Virus record (IMG/VR): IMGVR_UViG_3300032288_002010
Coordinates: 1 to 61,593 of that record
Length of the DNA stretch: 61,593 nt
Strand: one strand, 5' to 3'
Origin: a virus
Taxonomy: Duplodnaviria; Caudoviricetes
The notes beneath the pieces are model-generated. The model was not told the DNA's origin. It worked only from the letters and a program-made list of their open reading frames with translations, and did no database searches. Every line of letters begins with the position of its first letter. Position 1 is the stretch's first letter. The position numbers and the translations under genes are program-made. Positions 1 to 9,378 of the stretch are shown in pieces.

Positions 1-1510
1 CATTACCACCCGCATCACCGGCTGTACCACTTGTACCAGTAGATCCAGTGCTACCGCTTGTACCGCTTGTGCCACTTACACCGCTTGTTTTACTTAAACC
101 ACTTTGACCATTACCACCCGCATCACCAGCAGTGCCGGTTGTACCAGTAGATCCGGTGCTACCACTTGTACCGCTTGTTCCACTTAATTTACTTGCACCA
201 TTTGCACCATTTACACCATCAGTGCCGCTTGTGCCGGTGCTACCACTTGTACCGCTTGTACCACTTGTACCACTCAGTTTGCTTTCACCACTACCACCAT
301 TAGCACCTGTATCACCAGCAGTGCCGGTTGTACCACTTGATCCAGAACTACCACTTGTGCCGCTTGTTCCACTTAATTTACTTGCACCATTTGCACCATC
401 AACGCCATCAGTGCCGCTTGTGCCAGTGCTACCACTTGTACCGCTTGTACCACTTGTACCACTTAATCCGCTTGTACCACTTAAACCATTGGATCCACTT
501 GTACCAACTGTACCACTTGTGCCTGTAGTGCCAGATGTGCCACTTGTACCACTGGTTCCATTTATACCACTTGTTGCGCTTAAACCATTACCTCCAACAC
601 CGGCGCTACCACTTGTGCCTGTGCTACCGCTGCTACCACTTGTGCCACTTGTGCCATTTATACCACTCGTTTTGCTCAATCCACCACCACCATCTGTACC
701 ATCGGTGCCAGATGTACCGCTACTACCGCTACTACCGCTACTACCACTTGTGCCGCTTGTACCACTCAATTTGCTTTCACCACTACCACCATTAGCACCT
801 GTATCACCGGCAGTGCCAGTTGTACCACTTGATCCAGAGCTACCACTTGTACCACTTGTACCACTCAATTTGCTTGCACCATTGGCGCCATCGACACCAT
901 CGGTACCAGATGTTCCACTTGAACCGGTGCTACCGCTTGTACCACTTGTACCATTTAAACCGCTTGTACCGTTTAATCCAGATGTTCCGTCAAAACCACT
1001 TGTACCGCTTGTTCCGCTTGTACCACTAAACCCATTAGTACCACTTAGTCCGCTTGTTCCACTTAACCCACTAGATCCACTTGTACCTTCGGTACCACTT
1101 GTACCTGTTGTACCGCTTGATCCACTAGTTCCAGATGTGCCTGATGTACCACTTAAGTTTGCAGATCCATTATCCCCAGATAACCCACTTGTACCGGCTG
1201 ATCCAGTAGTACCACTTGTACCACTGACACCACTTGTTGCATTTAGACCATCTCGACCAAAAGTACCACTGGAACCAGATGAACCACTTGTTCCGTTTGT
1301 TCCAGAAGTACCACTAAAACCAGAAGGACCGCCTTCGCCAGCGGTACCGGATGATCCACTTGTACCGCTGGTGCCACTGGTGCCACTTGTACCATGTGTA
1401 CCACCTTTACCACTTGTTCCACTTGTACCAGACACACCGGATGTATTGGAATTACCAGAACTTCCGCTTGTACCCATTGATCCTGTAGTTCCAGATGCAT
1501 TTGCTCCGGT
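1..1510 (-). repeat. Degenerate 9-bp tandem repeat (ggtacaagt-type) encoding Gly-X-Y, with longer duplicated blocks
   Basis: accacttgt/accgcttgt units throughout the + strand; block 'tttgctttcaccactaccaccattagcacctgtatcacc' occurs near 278 and near 770. Confidence 0.9.
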
Positions 1511-1981
1511 TGCAACAGCATAACCGCAGGCTGAGTATGAAAAGGTAATAGTTGCTGTATTGTTGTCTACTAACAATATATTTTCTGGTATAATTTGATT
1601 ATAATTTTCATCATATACCTGTACAATAACAAATTGTGTATCTAAATTATGAGTAAATGTCCAAGTTGTGGATGGAGATGCACATGAAAATGCTTGATGT
1701 ACTACGTTACTATAACTACTTAAACCACTTGTTCCCGCAGTACCTCCTGTGCCTGTTGATCCACCTCCACCACCGCTAGTAGACAAATTATTTATCGCAG
1801 CGGCTTGTATATTGGATTGATTTTGAAGATTTACCAGATCATCAGTAACAACGACAAATGCCTTAGAGAGTTTTTTAGCACTTTCATCCTTGATACGTGC
1901 TCTTTCTTCAACATACTCCTTAAGTCTCAAATTGATGAGTTTTACATCAATTTTATTATTTGTGGGTAAATTATAAGGCAT
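1..1981 (-). CDS. Collagen-like (Gly-X-Y, Thr/Ser-rich) fibre protein, 3' end beyond the window
   Basis: Not in the ORF track (no stop in window). Translated by hand from ATG at 1981-1979: MPYNLPTNNKIDVK...TTWTFTHNLDTQFVIVQVYD...GYAVATGANASGTTGSMGTSG..., same frame at position 2 (...GTSGTAGDAGGN). About 500 codons of GTS/GST/GTT triplets. Confidence 0.85.
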   Translation of the reverse strand, partial: MPYNLPTNNKIDVKLINLRLKEYVEERARIKDESAKKLSKAFVVVTDDLVNLQNQSNIQAAAINNLSTSGGGGGSTGTGGTAGTSGLSSYSNVVHQAFSCASPSTTWTFTHNLDTQFVIVQVYDENYNQIIPENILLVDNNTATITFSYSACGYAVATGANASGTTGSMGTSGSSGNSNTSGVSGTSGTSGKGGTHGTSGTSGTSGTSGSSGTAGEGGPSGFSGTSGTNGTSGSSGSSGTFGRDGLNATSGVSGTSGTTGSAGTSGLSGDNGSANLSGTSGTSGTSGSSGTTGTSGTEGTSGSSGLSGTSGLSGTNGFSGTSGTSGTSGFDGTSGLNGTSGLNGTSGTSGSTGSSGTSGTDGVDGANGASKLSGTSGTSGSSGSSGTTGTAGDTGANGGSGESKLSGTSGTSGSSGSSGSSGTSGTDGTDGGGGLSKTSGINGTSGTSGSSGSTGTSGSAGVGGNGLSATSGINGTSGTSGTSGTTGTSGTVGTSGSNGLSGTSGLSGTSGTSGTSGSTGTSGTDGVDGANGASKLSGTSGTSGSSGSSGTTGTAGDTGANGGSGESKLSGTSGTSGTSGSTGTSGTDGVNGANGASKLSGTSGTSGSTGSTGTTGTAGDAGGNGQSGLSKTSGVSGTSGTSGSTGSTGTSGTAGDAGGN

Positions 1982-2031
1982 ACTATCTTAAATAAATATA
2001 AAACATATTATACAATGAGTTATTGTATAAA

Positions 2032-3435
2032 TTAAAAAGGTTGAAACACTGAAGTAGCAACTCTTCTCCACAGACCGGAACTATATATATAAAAATAGTT
2101 CCCATCATAACTTACCCAACCATCTTCTCCATAATCAGTAGATTGATATGGCACTTGATGATAAAACTTATCAGGAAATCTTTGAAATACTCTGAATGCT
2201 GTATTTATTGGTCTTTTATTAGTAGTTGTATAAATAGGATTACCACAATCATCATACCCACTTATGTATGTATTAGTAGATGGATCATAGTCAAATGTAG
2301 AAATGGCTCTTCTGGTCCAACCTAATGGGTACTGATATAAGTACATATAGTTAGAATCATATGCTAACCAGCCATTTTCCCCATATGTTTGTGAATTTTT
2401 TGGAGCTGGATGAAATGGTGTTTTTTTAATAATTACCGACGACTTTTCCAATGGATTTGGCAAGTCCGGCACAATGTTTGTGTTGGATTGAACTCCAATT
2501 CCACTAACATATTCAAAATCAGAATTTTTATCTTTAATAGCAGTGGTATCTTGAATTTGTTGTTGATAAACATTATTTTTAATATCAAGCATTTGCTGAC
2601 CGCCAACTGGTTGTTCATCCAATACAATTTTTCTGATGGTAAACATTTTTTGTGTGGTATTTTTAATACCTTCTATACCAGGAACAAAGGATGGACTTAA
2701 GAGATATGCGGTAACAACCAAATTAAATGTTGTTTTTACATTTCTATCGTTATTATCGTCTAGTTCAATATCTGTTGTAAAGTTATCTACATTAACAATA
2801 AATTTTAAACGTTCTTTATCACCCCAATAATCATTACAAGCAAAATTAATTTGTTCTAACAGCTTGTTATTTTGATCAACATAGTCGGTCCAAATGACGC
2901 ATTCATAAGTAACTATTACTTGTTTTGGCATTGTAACAGTAAATATCTGTTTTGTTGGACGAGAATTGTATAGTACGTTGCTATTTAAAATATTAAATCT
3001 ATCATATTTATTTTTCTCAGTATATGGTACCACAACTTGATAACTCATATAACGATTGAAAGTTGATCGATCCTTGTTGTTTTGAACATCCGATCTTCTC
3101 AACATAAACGCCGGTAAAAGAATTTTGCCTTGATTATCTCTAATAAACCCTTCTTTTTTCATAGCAGTCCATCTTTCTGGACTACCATAGATAATTGGAA
3201 CTTTAACAACGTCACCATTATCCATCACTTGTAAATTTAATTTATTATTTAAATAATCTATAATTGTTGAATCAACATCATGAAGATCTATTGTTATATT
3301 TTGAACAGTATCAGTGTCACGACGAACTGCAAATTCACGCTTATACGATATATCTTTATCGGATTGAGCAATTGGTTGCTGTACAGGATTTGGTACAGCG
3401 CTGGACTTATCTTTTGATGTTGCGTTCCAAGCCAT
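2032..3435 (-). CDS. T4 gp15-like tail completion/sheath stabiliser with two C-terminal GxxGWxxYD modules
   Basis: KVPIIYGSPERW...ILLP resembles gp15-type proteins; follows the two neck genes. Confidence 0.6.
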   Translation of the reverse strand: MAWNATSKDKSSAVPNPVQQPIAQSDKDISYKREFAVRRDTDTVQNITIDLHDVDSTIIDYLNNKLNLQVMDNGDVVKVPIIYGSPERWTAMKKEGFIRDNQGKILLPAFMLRRSDVQNNKDRSTFNRYMSYQVVVPYTEKNKYDRFNILNSNVLYNSRPTKQIFTVTMPKQVIVTYECVIWTDYVDQNNKLLEQINFACNDYWGDKERLKFIVNVDNFTTDIELDDNNDRNVKTTFNLVVTAYLLSPSFVPGIEGIKNTTQKMFTIRKIVLDEQPVGGQQMLDIKNNVYQQQIQDTTAIKDKNSDFEYVSGIGVQSNTNIVPDLPNPLEKSSVIIKKTPFHPAPKNSQTYGENGWLAYDSNYMYLYQYPLGWTRRAISTFDYDPSTNTYISGYDDCGNPIYTTTNKRPINTAFRVFQRFPDKFYHQVPYQSTDYGEDGWVSYDGNYFYIYSSGLWRRVATSVFQPF

Positions 3436-3438
3436 AAA

Positions 3439-4011
3439 TTATGTCTGTCTTTGTACAATATTTAACTTACTTAATCTTGTATAATGAGTATTAACAATTA
3501 AACTCCAAGATTTGTCAGGATGACCACCTAAAAATTGTTCTTGTACAACGTTGTCCATTTCATAAAATCTTTCATTATAAAGAACAACATCGCCAATTTC
3601 TGGAAAAAAGTTTGTTATGATGCAGTCACGTTCTCTAAATCTAAAAACTACGTTTTGATTACGGTCTGGTCCAAACTTGCTAGCATTTTCACCTGTCAGA
3701 TCTTCTCGTTCTGCAAAACATGTTAGATTTATAGCTGGATAAAACATCTTACCTTGAGAAGAAACTGATTCACCATATATATTGACGGTAGTTTCATTCA
3801 AAGCAATCTTGAATACTTGAACAACCACTTCAGATATATCACCATATAATTCGGCATTTACTGACCCAAGCAAATTCATATCTCTTCTTGAGAAGAATCT
3901 GCCTGGTAAATAATTATTATTATAAACGCCTACGTCCTTACGTCCATCCGTCCAATATTGTGGAAACGCAGGATTTTGCTTAGGATATTGTGGTGTGGTT
4001 GGTGCTGCCAT
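3439..4011 (-). CDS. Neck/head-closure protein (T4 gp14-like)
   Basis: NIYGE and PEIGDVVLYNERFYE motifs; position between gp13- and gp15-like genes. Confidence 0.6.
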   Translation of the reverse strand: MAAPTTPQYPKQNPAFPQYWTDGRKDVGVYNNNYLPGRFFSRRDMNLLGSVNAELYGDISEVVVQVFKIALNETTVNIYGESVSSQGKMFYPAINLTCFAEREDLTGENASKFGPDRNQNVVFRFRERDCIITNFFPEIGDVVLYNERFYEMDNVVQEQFLGGHPDKSWSLIVNTHYTRLSKLNIVQRQT

Positions 4012-4014
4012 ATA

Positions 4015-5232
4015 TTATCCAATATAAATGTGTAGTGGAACTTTAGACAACATCTTGTTCATCGCTTCTGCTTCTTTGTCTTTGTTTTCCAATTGATTTA
4101 CTCTTAAGCTCTTTTCCAACATCTCTCTTAATTTATCAAGAAGTGTACCCATTTCCTCCTTGGCTTCGGAACGTAACTCTGCACCATCTAGTGTTACTTC
4201 TCCACCTGGAATTGGAACAGTACTATATTTTTGAAGAATACGACCCAAAGTTTCTTTACATAATGCCAAGAAATACTTCTTGATCCATTGTTTGCCAGGT
4301 TGATTTATCTTACAATATTTGCAATATTCGTATGGAATATCACTTGGATCACTCACATATTCATAACGTGATCCACTATAGAAATTAGTAATATTCTTAT
4401 CTTTTTCTAGATAGTAATCAATCCACAACTTGAAATTATTTGTTGGTATTGGAAATATTCTTAGTTTATTATTACCAACGATTTCAAAACTATATGCACT
4501 TTTACGAACCATGTCGTTGAATTCGATAGCTTGTATGCGTTCCAAATCTTCAAAGATAGGAGTCATCAAGAATTGTGTAGCTGGACTATATGCGCTAAAT
4601 CCCAATTCAGACAAAATGTTACCATAACTCATACCAGTCATGCTAAATGGATCATAAATACGAGCAACGGCTGGTGGTCTATTATGAAATACTCTACGAA
4701 CTTCTATACGTGAACCAGTTAGATGTTCAATTTCATCGCCTATCAGTTTATTCAAGTCATATAATTGTTCACTGCCACTCATGCTTGCAGACACATAAAT
4801 AAAGTTTCTCTTGAGTGGAGTTTCACCATTAACCAAGGCTTCACTACCATATTGTTTACTCAATTGTACAACGAATGGTAGACCTGTGCTTTTAACACCC
4901 AATCCAGTTAAATTTGGATATTGACTTTGGGGTAAACCAGTCAAATCAACCATGTTGTTAACGATATTAAATTCATTAACTACACGATTATATTCTAGTA
5001 CAGACTCTTCAAAGCATGCATAAAAGTTGACATCAATCATTTCTATGTCAACAATTGGATAACCTAGACGTTTTGCAGCCCACATTGCACTGCTACTACA
5101 ATCATTTTCAAAGGTACTTTCGCCAGTACTACAATTTTCGCCTAAGTAGTAACCAAATGGAACGCTTCCAGAAGTAACTGCGCTACCACTTCCTGGCCAT
5201 CTTACTCTATCTTGATCTAAATTAGCACTCAT
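4015..5232 (-). CDS. Neck/head-tail adaptor (T4 gp13-like)
   Basis: RLGYPIVDIE near the N-terminus; WIKKYFLALCKETLG..KY...PGGEVTLDG near the C-terminus. Confidence 0.75.
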   Translation of the reverse strand: MSANLDQDRVRWPGSGSAVTSGSVPFGYYLGENCSTGESTFENDCSSSAMWAAKRLGYPIVDIEMIDVNFYACFEESVLEYNRVVNEFNIVNNMVDLTGLPQSQYPNLTGLGVKSTGLPFVVQLSKQYGSEALVNGETPLKRNFIYVSASMSGSEQLYDLNKLIGDEIEHLTGSRIEVRRVFHNRPPAVARIYDPFSMTGMSYGNILSELGFSAYSPATQFLMTPIFEDLERIQAIEFNDMVRKSAYSFEIVGNNKLRIFPIPTNNFKLWIDYYLEKDKNITNFYSGSRYEYVSDPSDIPYEYCKYCKINQPGKQWIKKYFLALCKETLGRILQKYSTVPIPGGEVTLDGAELRSEAKEEMGTLLDKLREMLEKSLRVNQLENKDKEAEAMNKMLSKVPLHIYIG

Positions 5233-5236
5233 TTAT

Positions 5237-5244
5237 TATAAATA
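5237..5244 (-). promoter_or_regulatory. TATTTATA motif, putative late promoter, 4 nt before the neck-gene ATG
   Basis: + strand tataaata; recurs at many gene starts. Confidence 0.6.
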
Positions 5245-5277
5245 TGGAATGAATGTTAATTTATTGATTTTAATGGA

Positions 5278-5415
5278 TTATAAAAATGAATCAGCCAAAG
5301 TTTTATATATTGATGGTTTTGGCATCGATGCTAACTTTTCCTTAATAACAGCCCTTTCCTTCTGTTTCTTGGCATCCAAGACCTTTTTCAACGTATTTTT
5401 GACTTTATCGTTCAT
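5278..5415 (-). CDS. Small basic hypothetical protein, 45 aa (MNDKVKNTLKKVLDAKKQKERAVIKEKLASMPKPSIYKTLADSFL)
   Basis: Translated by hand; ATG overlaps the upstream TGA (ATGA coupling); fills the gap. Confidence 0.6.
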   Translation of the reverse strand: MNDKVKNTLKKVLDAKKQKERAVIKEKLASMPKPSIYKTLADSFL

Positions 5416-5681
5416 ATAAATTTTTTGATTTTAACCACCAACTTACCAGTTCCTTTGATGACTCGGTGATAAGTTTCCTTGGGTATAAATATCTTTTTAT
5501 CTAATGAAACAGGCAGAGAATTGTCTAATTGAATCAACCAATTTCCACAATTTTCTACAGCTTCGACAAGCCTATCTTCTTTATCTAAATGCCATTCCAA
5601 TTCATGAGTGGGAATATTTGAATCAAACTCACGAATATATTCGTTATTTCCTACGTTCGTTTCTTTGAACGGCAAACTCAT
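5412..5681 (-). CDS. Small cupin-like protein
   Basis: ELEWHLDKEDR...IFIPKETYHRVIKG fits the two cupin motifs. Confidence 0.55.
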   Translation of the reverse strand: MSLPFKETNVGNNEYIREFDSNIPTHELEWHLDKEDRLVEAVENCGNWLIQLDNSLPVSLDKKIFIPKETYHRVIKGTGKLVVKIKKFI

Positions 5682-6703
5682 ATTTTGATAATCTTACTAG
5701 ACGCACCTTTGTCACGCATATATCTATTAAATTCTTTGTATAAATCATCGGCGTTTAATCGTGCATCAACTTCCCATGGCAAAGATCTTTCTTTTTCTTC
5801 GTCATCATATTTAGGATAAACTTTACCATCCCAACTATTATCAACTATATTGTATCTACCATCCTCAACTTGTTTAATATGCCAACATTCATGTGCTAGT
5901 GTTTTGATCTGATCATCACTACTATGAGGACTATTGGTTCTCATAATGATCTTATAAGAATCAACCTTATATGGCTTTGATTTACCCTTAACATCCACTT
6001 TACCCTGAACCTTACCATCCAAACTACCAAATTCTAGTTTAATTTTACCAGTTGGTAAATTTAAAAAATTAGCAAAAAACTTATAAGCCTTTTTAAGTCT
6101 TTCTTTATCAACTACGTTTTTTACAACCATGGAGTTCTCATACAAATTTGAACTAGACTTAAATAGGTTATCGCCTTCATATTTACGTGGCGTAGATAAA
6201 TCCACAACTTTATATTTAATAGGAAGATCTTTTATAGATCTATAAACAGCCGCACCATTTTTTGGGCTATCATCTATAAAAAACACATCGTTGTATCCTT
6301 CATTATTAATCTTGTCAACTATCCAATCAGCTTTGGCTTGTGGACTTCCTGTTCCCAAAGTAACCACAGGTAAATCAATTTTGAATATTTTATGTATAAT
6401 ATCTTTGATGTGACTATTTGCTTTTGGACCTCTAGCGGTCAATATAACGGTCAACCTATCCTTTAAACCGGCATTAACAATCTTATAGAATCGTTTAGCG
6501 ACTGGTTTAATCAAACTAGGATTTATGATTTGATCAAATTGTGAAAAGTCAAACTCATCGCCAGGCTTAGGTTCATATACGGCATATTCGGCGGGAGTTA
6601 AATATGTAAAATTTCCACCGCCTTGTTTCAACAAAACCTTTGCGGTTGTATGGAACAAAGTATCATCAAAATCAAATACTCTGAGTTTTTTAATATTTGT
6701 CAT
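5678..6703 (-). CDS. HAD-superfamily phosphatase fused to a C-terminal HExxH (zincin-like) domain
   Basis: HAD motifs VFDFDDTL, LTAR, K, FIDDS; C-terminal AHECWH...LPWEVDA. ATG at 6703 preferred to TTG at 6709. Confidence 0.7.
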   Translation of the reverse strand: MTNIKKLRVFDFDDTLFHTTAKVLLKQGGGNFTYLTPAEYAVYEPKPGDEFDFSQFDQIINPSLIKPVAKRFYKIVNAGLKDRLTVILTARGPKANSHIKDIIHKIFKIDLPVVTLGTGSPQAKADWIVDKINNEGYNDVFFIDDSPKNGAAVYRSIKDLPIKYKVVDLSTPRKYEGDNLFKSSSNLYENSMVVKNVVDKERLKKAYKFFANFLNLPTGKIKLEFGSLDGKVQGKVDVKGKSKPYKVDSYKIIMRTNSPHSSDDQIKTLAHECWHIKQVEDGRYNIVDNSWDGKVYPKYDDEEKERSLPWEVDARLNADDLYKEFNRYMRDKGASSKIIKI

Positions 6704-7997
6704 TTGCAAACTTTCTTCTATATAAAAGACTACGTAAAATTTCTTTTAATCTTGATTCTTTCTTGACTAATTGATCCAATGGTATACCTCTGTACTTTTG
6801 TCTTATTTGTGCAATAGGCATACCATATTGTTTTTCAGCTTGAGCAATCAAACTATATCTATCTTGTTTTTCTTTTTGTTTAGCGTGTAGTTTACGCTGT
6901 ACAACGGTGTTAACAACACTCTTTATGTTATCTGTATAAGACTTTTCACCCGAAGTCAATAAGTCATTTAGTATCTTGATTTCAATCTCTAAACTATCCA
7001 CTTCTTTTTCAAGATTTTCTTTTTCAGCAGGTGTTAATGCAGCACCAGTTGTATGTAACTTGCCTCTCTTTTCTACGAATTCTTGAGTCTTATCATCAAT
7101 TACTTTTTCCAAACTAGGTTGATCTTCTAGTTTCTGAAGTCCCCAATCTGGATAATCAAATTCGCTACCAACCGGAACACTTAGAAGACCACTATCGGTT
7201 ACCTTTATTGATACATTATTACCTTTAATAGATATAACATCTGCTTTTAAATCAATCCCTTTGATTTTTATTTTGTCACCTACTTTGAAAACCACATCGG
7301 CTTTATCGGTAACAGATGGTTTAGGTGGAGGAGTTTCTTTCTTAGGTTCTTCTTTGCCATACATTTGATCATATGACATCATTTTACTACCAGTTTCATA
7401 CAAACACTCAGTTGGATTATATCCATTGAACTCTATGACCTTTTCATATTGTTCTTTATATGGTGTTACTTTATCTTTATTATAATCCCAGAATGTTACA
7501 ATAACAGCTTTACCACTTGGTATGGTACTTTCAATTTGTAGATCCAAATTTTCAGGTGGTTTATTATCTGTATTCTCTACCTCAAAGATTCTACCCTTCA
7601 TAATAGGATCTGAATATTGACTCATTCTACGCAATCCCTTTAGAATATTTTCCAATTGCAAATGTCCACCACCATTGTTACTGGCCTTTAATCGTTTTAT
7701 ACCTTGTTGTGCCCAATACTTTGATTGTTCGTCACCTTGAAAATCATTACGAAAATCATCACTATATTTGATCTGTTCACCATCTTGCAACTCTTTGATT
7801 TCTTTTAACACATCACTATCATCTGAGTAAAATTCTTTTTTGTTGTCGCTATATCCAAATATTGATTTTTTACCACTCTTGTCGTCTTTGTAAACAAAGA
7901 AAGCACATCTGTTAGCTGGGGTAGTATAACTATAAGTTTTTCTTTTATAGATAACTGTGTCAGGATTTTCCAAAAGTAAATCTTTAAATCGGATCAT
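6690..7997 (-). CDS. Hypothetical protein with MIRFKDLLLE leader, KOW/SH3-like segment and coiled coil
   Basis: 435-aa ORF; FKVGDKIKIKG; TATTTATA 3 nt upstream. Confidence 0.6.
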   Translation of the reverse strand: MIRFKDLLLENPDTVIYKRKTYSYTTPANRCAFFVYKDDKSGKKSIFGYSDNKKEFYSDDSDVLKEIKELQDGEQIKYSDDFRNDFQGDEQSKYWAQQGIKRLKASNNGGGHLQLENILKGLRRMSQYSDPIMKGRIFEVENTDNKPPENLDLQIESTIPSGKAVIVTFWDYNKDKVTPYKEQYEKVIEFNGYNPTECLYETGSKMMSYDQMYGKEEPKKETPPPKPSVTDKADVVFKVGDKIKIKGIDLKADVISIKGNNVSIKVTDSGLLSVPVGSEFDYPDWGLQKLEDQPSLEKVIDDKTQEFVEKRGKLHTTGAALTPAEKENLEKEVDSLEIEIKILNDLLTSGEKSYTDNIKSVVNTVVQRKLHAKQKEKQDRYSLIAQAEKQYGMPIAQIRQKYRGIPLDQLVKKESRLKEILRSLLYRRKFANDKY

Positions 7998-8000
7998 AGT

Positions 8001-8008
8001 TATAAATA
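8001..8008 (-). promoter_or_regulatory. TATTTATA putative late promoter
   Basis: 3 nt before ATG at 7997. Confidence 0.6.
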
Positions 8009-8182
8009 TTAATAAAATCTACTCTTATGCTTACTTTTAAAATTCTTTAATCGTTCTATTATTTCATCACGTTGTTTATCTGTATAAAATGACCAATCCC
8101 TCAACTCTTCCCAAGTACGTCCACATCCTTCACACAATTTATTATCAACAATTACACAGATTCTTTTGCATGGCGTTTTCAT
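8009..8182 (-). CDS. DUF1289-like small Cys-rich protein
   Basis: TPCKRICV....LCEGCGRTWEELRDW pattern. Start moved to ATG 8182 because the longer start overlaps a terminator. Confidence 0.7.
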   Translation of the reverse strand: MKTPCKRICVIVDNKLCEGCGRTWEELRDWSFYTDKQRDEIIERLKNFKSKHKSRFY

Positions 8183-8198
8183 ATTATTTTTGAGCATT

Positions 8199-8224
8199 AA
8201 AAAACCCGTCATTTACGACGGGTT
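8199..8224 (-). terminator. Rho-independent terminator
   Basis: Stem aacccgtc/gacgggtt, 6-nt loop, U-tract on the - strand, just after the stop at 8232. Confidence 0.8.
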
Positions 8225-8231
8225 GAATAAA

Positions 8232-8720
8232 TTATTTATCTTTTAAATGTTTTGCTTTTTGTATAGCAGCCCCAACCGCTTTACGTCTTTTCGTAAGATA
8301 TTTATCGGTGCCATCTACTTTACCATCGTTATTGATATCACTATCTTCTTTACCAACTGGATCCATACCTTCCTCCCAACACTCGTCACACTGCATTTCT
8401 TCCATCATTTTTTCAACGTCCGATTCTTCAAGTGTTTGACCAATGCGACGTTTTAACAATTTATGAACCTTACCAAAAACGTCTACATCTGATTTATCAC
8501 CTTTTGCTTTATTTGCTTTTTCACGATCTTCGATCTTGTTTAACAAATTCTTAGTTACCTTGGTTTCTGGTTCTTTTTGAACCTTTGCATCGGTTTTACT
8601 TGGTTTTGTTGGTTTTGTTGCCTTCGTTGGTTTAGAAGACTTAACTTCTTCATAGGTGTCTTCACCCATAACTTCTTCGTAAACCTCTAGAATCAATTTT
8701 TTAATGTCGTTTTTGGTCAT
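8232..8720 (-). CDS. Charged hypothetical protein with EF-hand-like DxNxDG loop (possible prohead core/internal protein)
   Basis: [23 protein letters not shown]; SD AGGAGA; TATTTATA at 8738-8745. Confidence 0.6.
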   Translation of the reverse strand: MTKNDIKKLILEVYEEVMGEDTYEEVKSSKPTKATKPTKPSKTDAKVQKEPETKVTKNLLNKIEDREKANKAKGDKSDVDVFGKVHKLLKRRIGQTLEESDVEKMMEEMQCDECWEEGMDPVGKEDSDINNDGKVDGTDKYLTKRRKAVGAAIQKAKHLKDK

Positions 8721-8761
8721 ATAATAATCTCCTACGTTATAAATATAAATAAACTATCAAA

Positions 8762-9364
8762 TTACCAATATTTTCCTTTACCTTTATTTCCAAGAGAACG
8801 CATTCTGTGACTTCTGCAACTCCAATATCCAGCCGTGGTTCTGTCTTTCTTTTGACTACATCTGTGTCTAGCTGCAAAACTCTTTCTACGAGCCTTGCTA
8901 CTAGCTCTACTTCTCATATTTGGATCACCAAATGTTACTTTTTTAACATTACCACCCTTGCTCTTTACATAAACAGCAAATTTCTTTGGCCCACCAGGAG
9001 TTCTAAAGGGTCTATTTAAGTGAACTGTACGACCTCTATGTTTTAACTCCATTATTAAATCTTCTTCTATTTCAATAGGTGCATCCAAATAAACTTCTCT
9101 ACCTTCGAATAGTCCTTTTTTACCCAGATCACTCTCCACCAATTCAGCGTCTGAATCACATAATTCAATTTTGTTCTTGAAATAAAGAGAACGAACCTCT
9201 TCCAACAACTCAAAATAAGATTCGCTATAAGTTCTAAATATGTTTTCACTCAGTGCAATTTGTTTTTGAAGATGATACTTTAAGTTGTCACTGACTTGAA
9301 CATCTTCGGTTAAAGACATGCCACATAACTCTTGATTTTCAATTAAATCTGTTAGTTTAATCAT
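8762..9364 (-). CDS. Hypothetical protein: acidic N-half, very basic C-half with His/Cys residues
   Basis: MIKLTDLIE leader; RTPGGPKKFAVYVK...FGDP...RRKSFAARHRC...YWSCR. Confidence 0.7.
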   Translation of the reverse strand: MIKLTDLIENQELCGMSLTEDVQVSDNLKYHLQKQIALSENIFRTYSESYFELLEEVRSLYFKNKIELCDSDAELVESDLGKKGLFEGREVYLDAPIEIEEDLIMELKHRGRTVHLNRPFRTPGGPKKFAVYVKSKGGNVKKVTFGDPNMRSRASSKARRKSFAARHRCSQKKDRTTAGYWSCRSHRMRSLGNKGKGKYW

Positions 9365-9378
9365 ATTTATAAATATGA
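9361..9378. promoter_or_regulatory. Perfect 18-bp palindrome TCATATTTATAAATATGA containing two divergent start codons
   Basis: Read directly; each strand reads TATTTATA-AAT-ATG. Confidence 0.75.

Noticed and set aside
1-1510. Repeats as a CRISPR array
   Set aside because: Degenerate in-frame 9-bp coding repeats with no constant repeat and unique spacer structure; no cas genes.
132-1523. 463-aa Pro/Val/Leu-rich + strand ORF and nested His/Tyr-rich ORFs
   Set aside because: Antisense shadows of the - strand Gly-X-Y gene; the repeat lacks stops in those frames.
5222-5230. TTAGCACTC, a CIRCE half-site
   Set aside because: No matching second half 9 nt away; it is the antisense of the neck gene's first codons.
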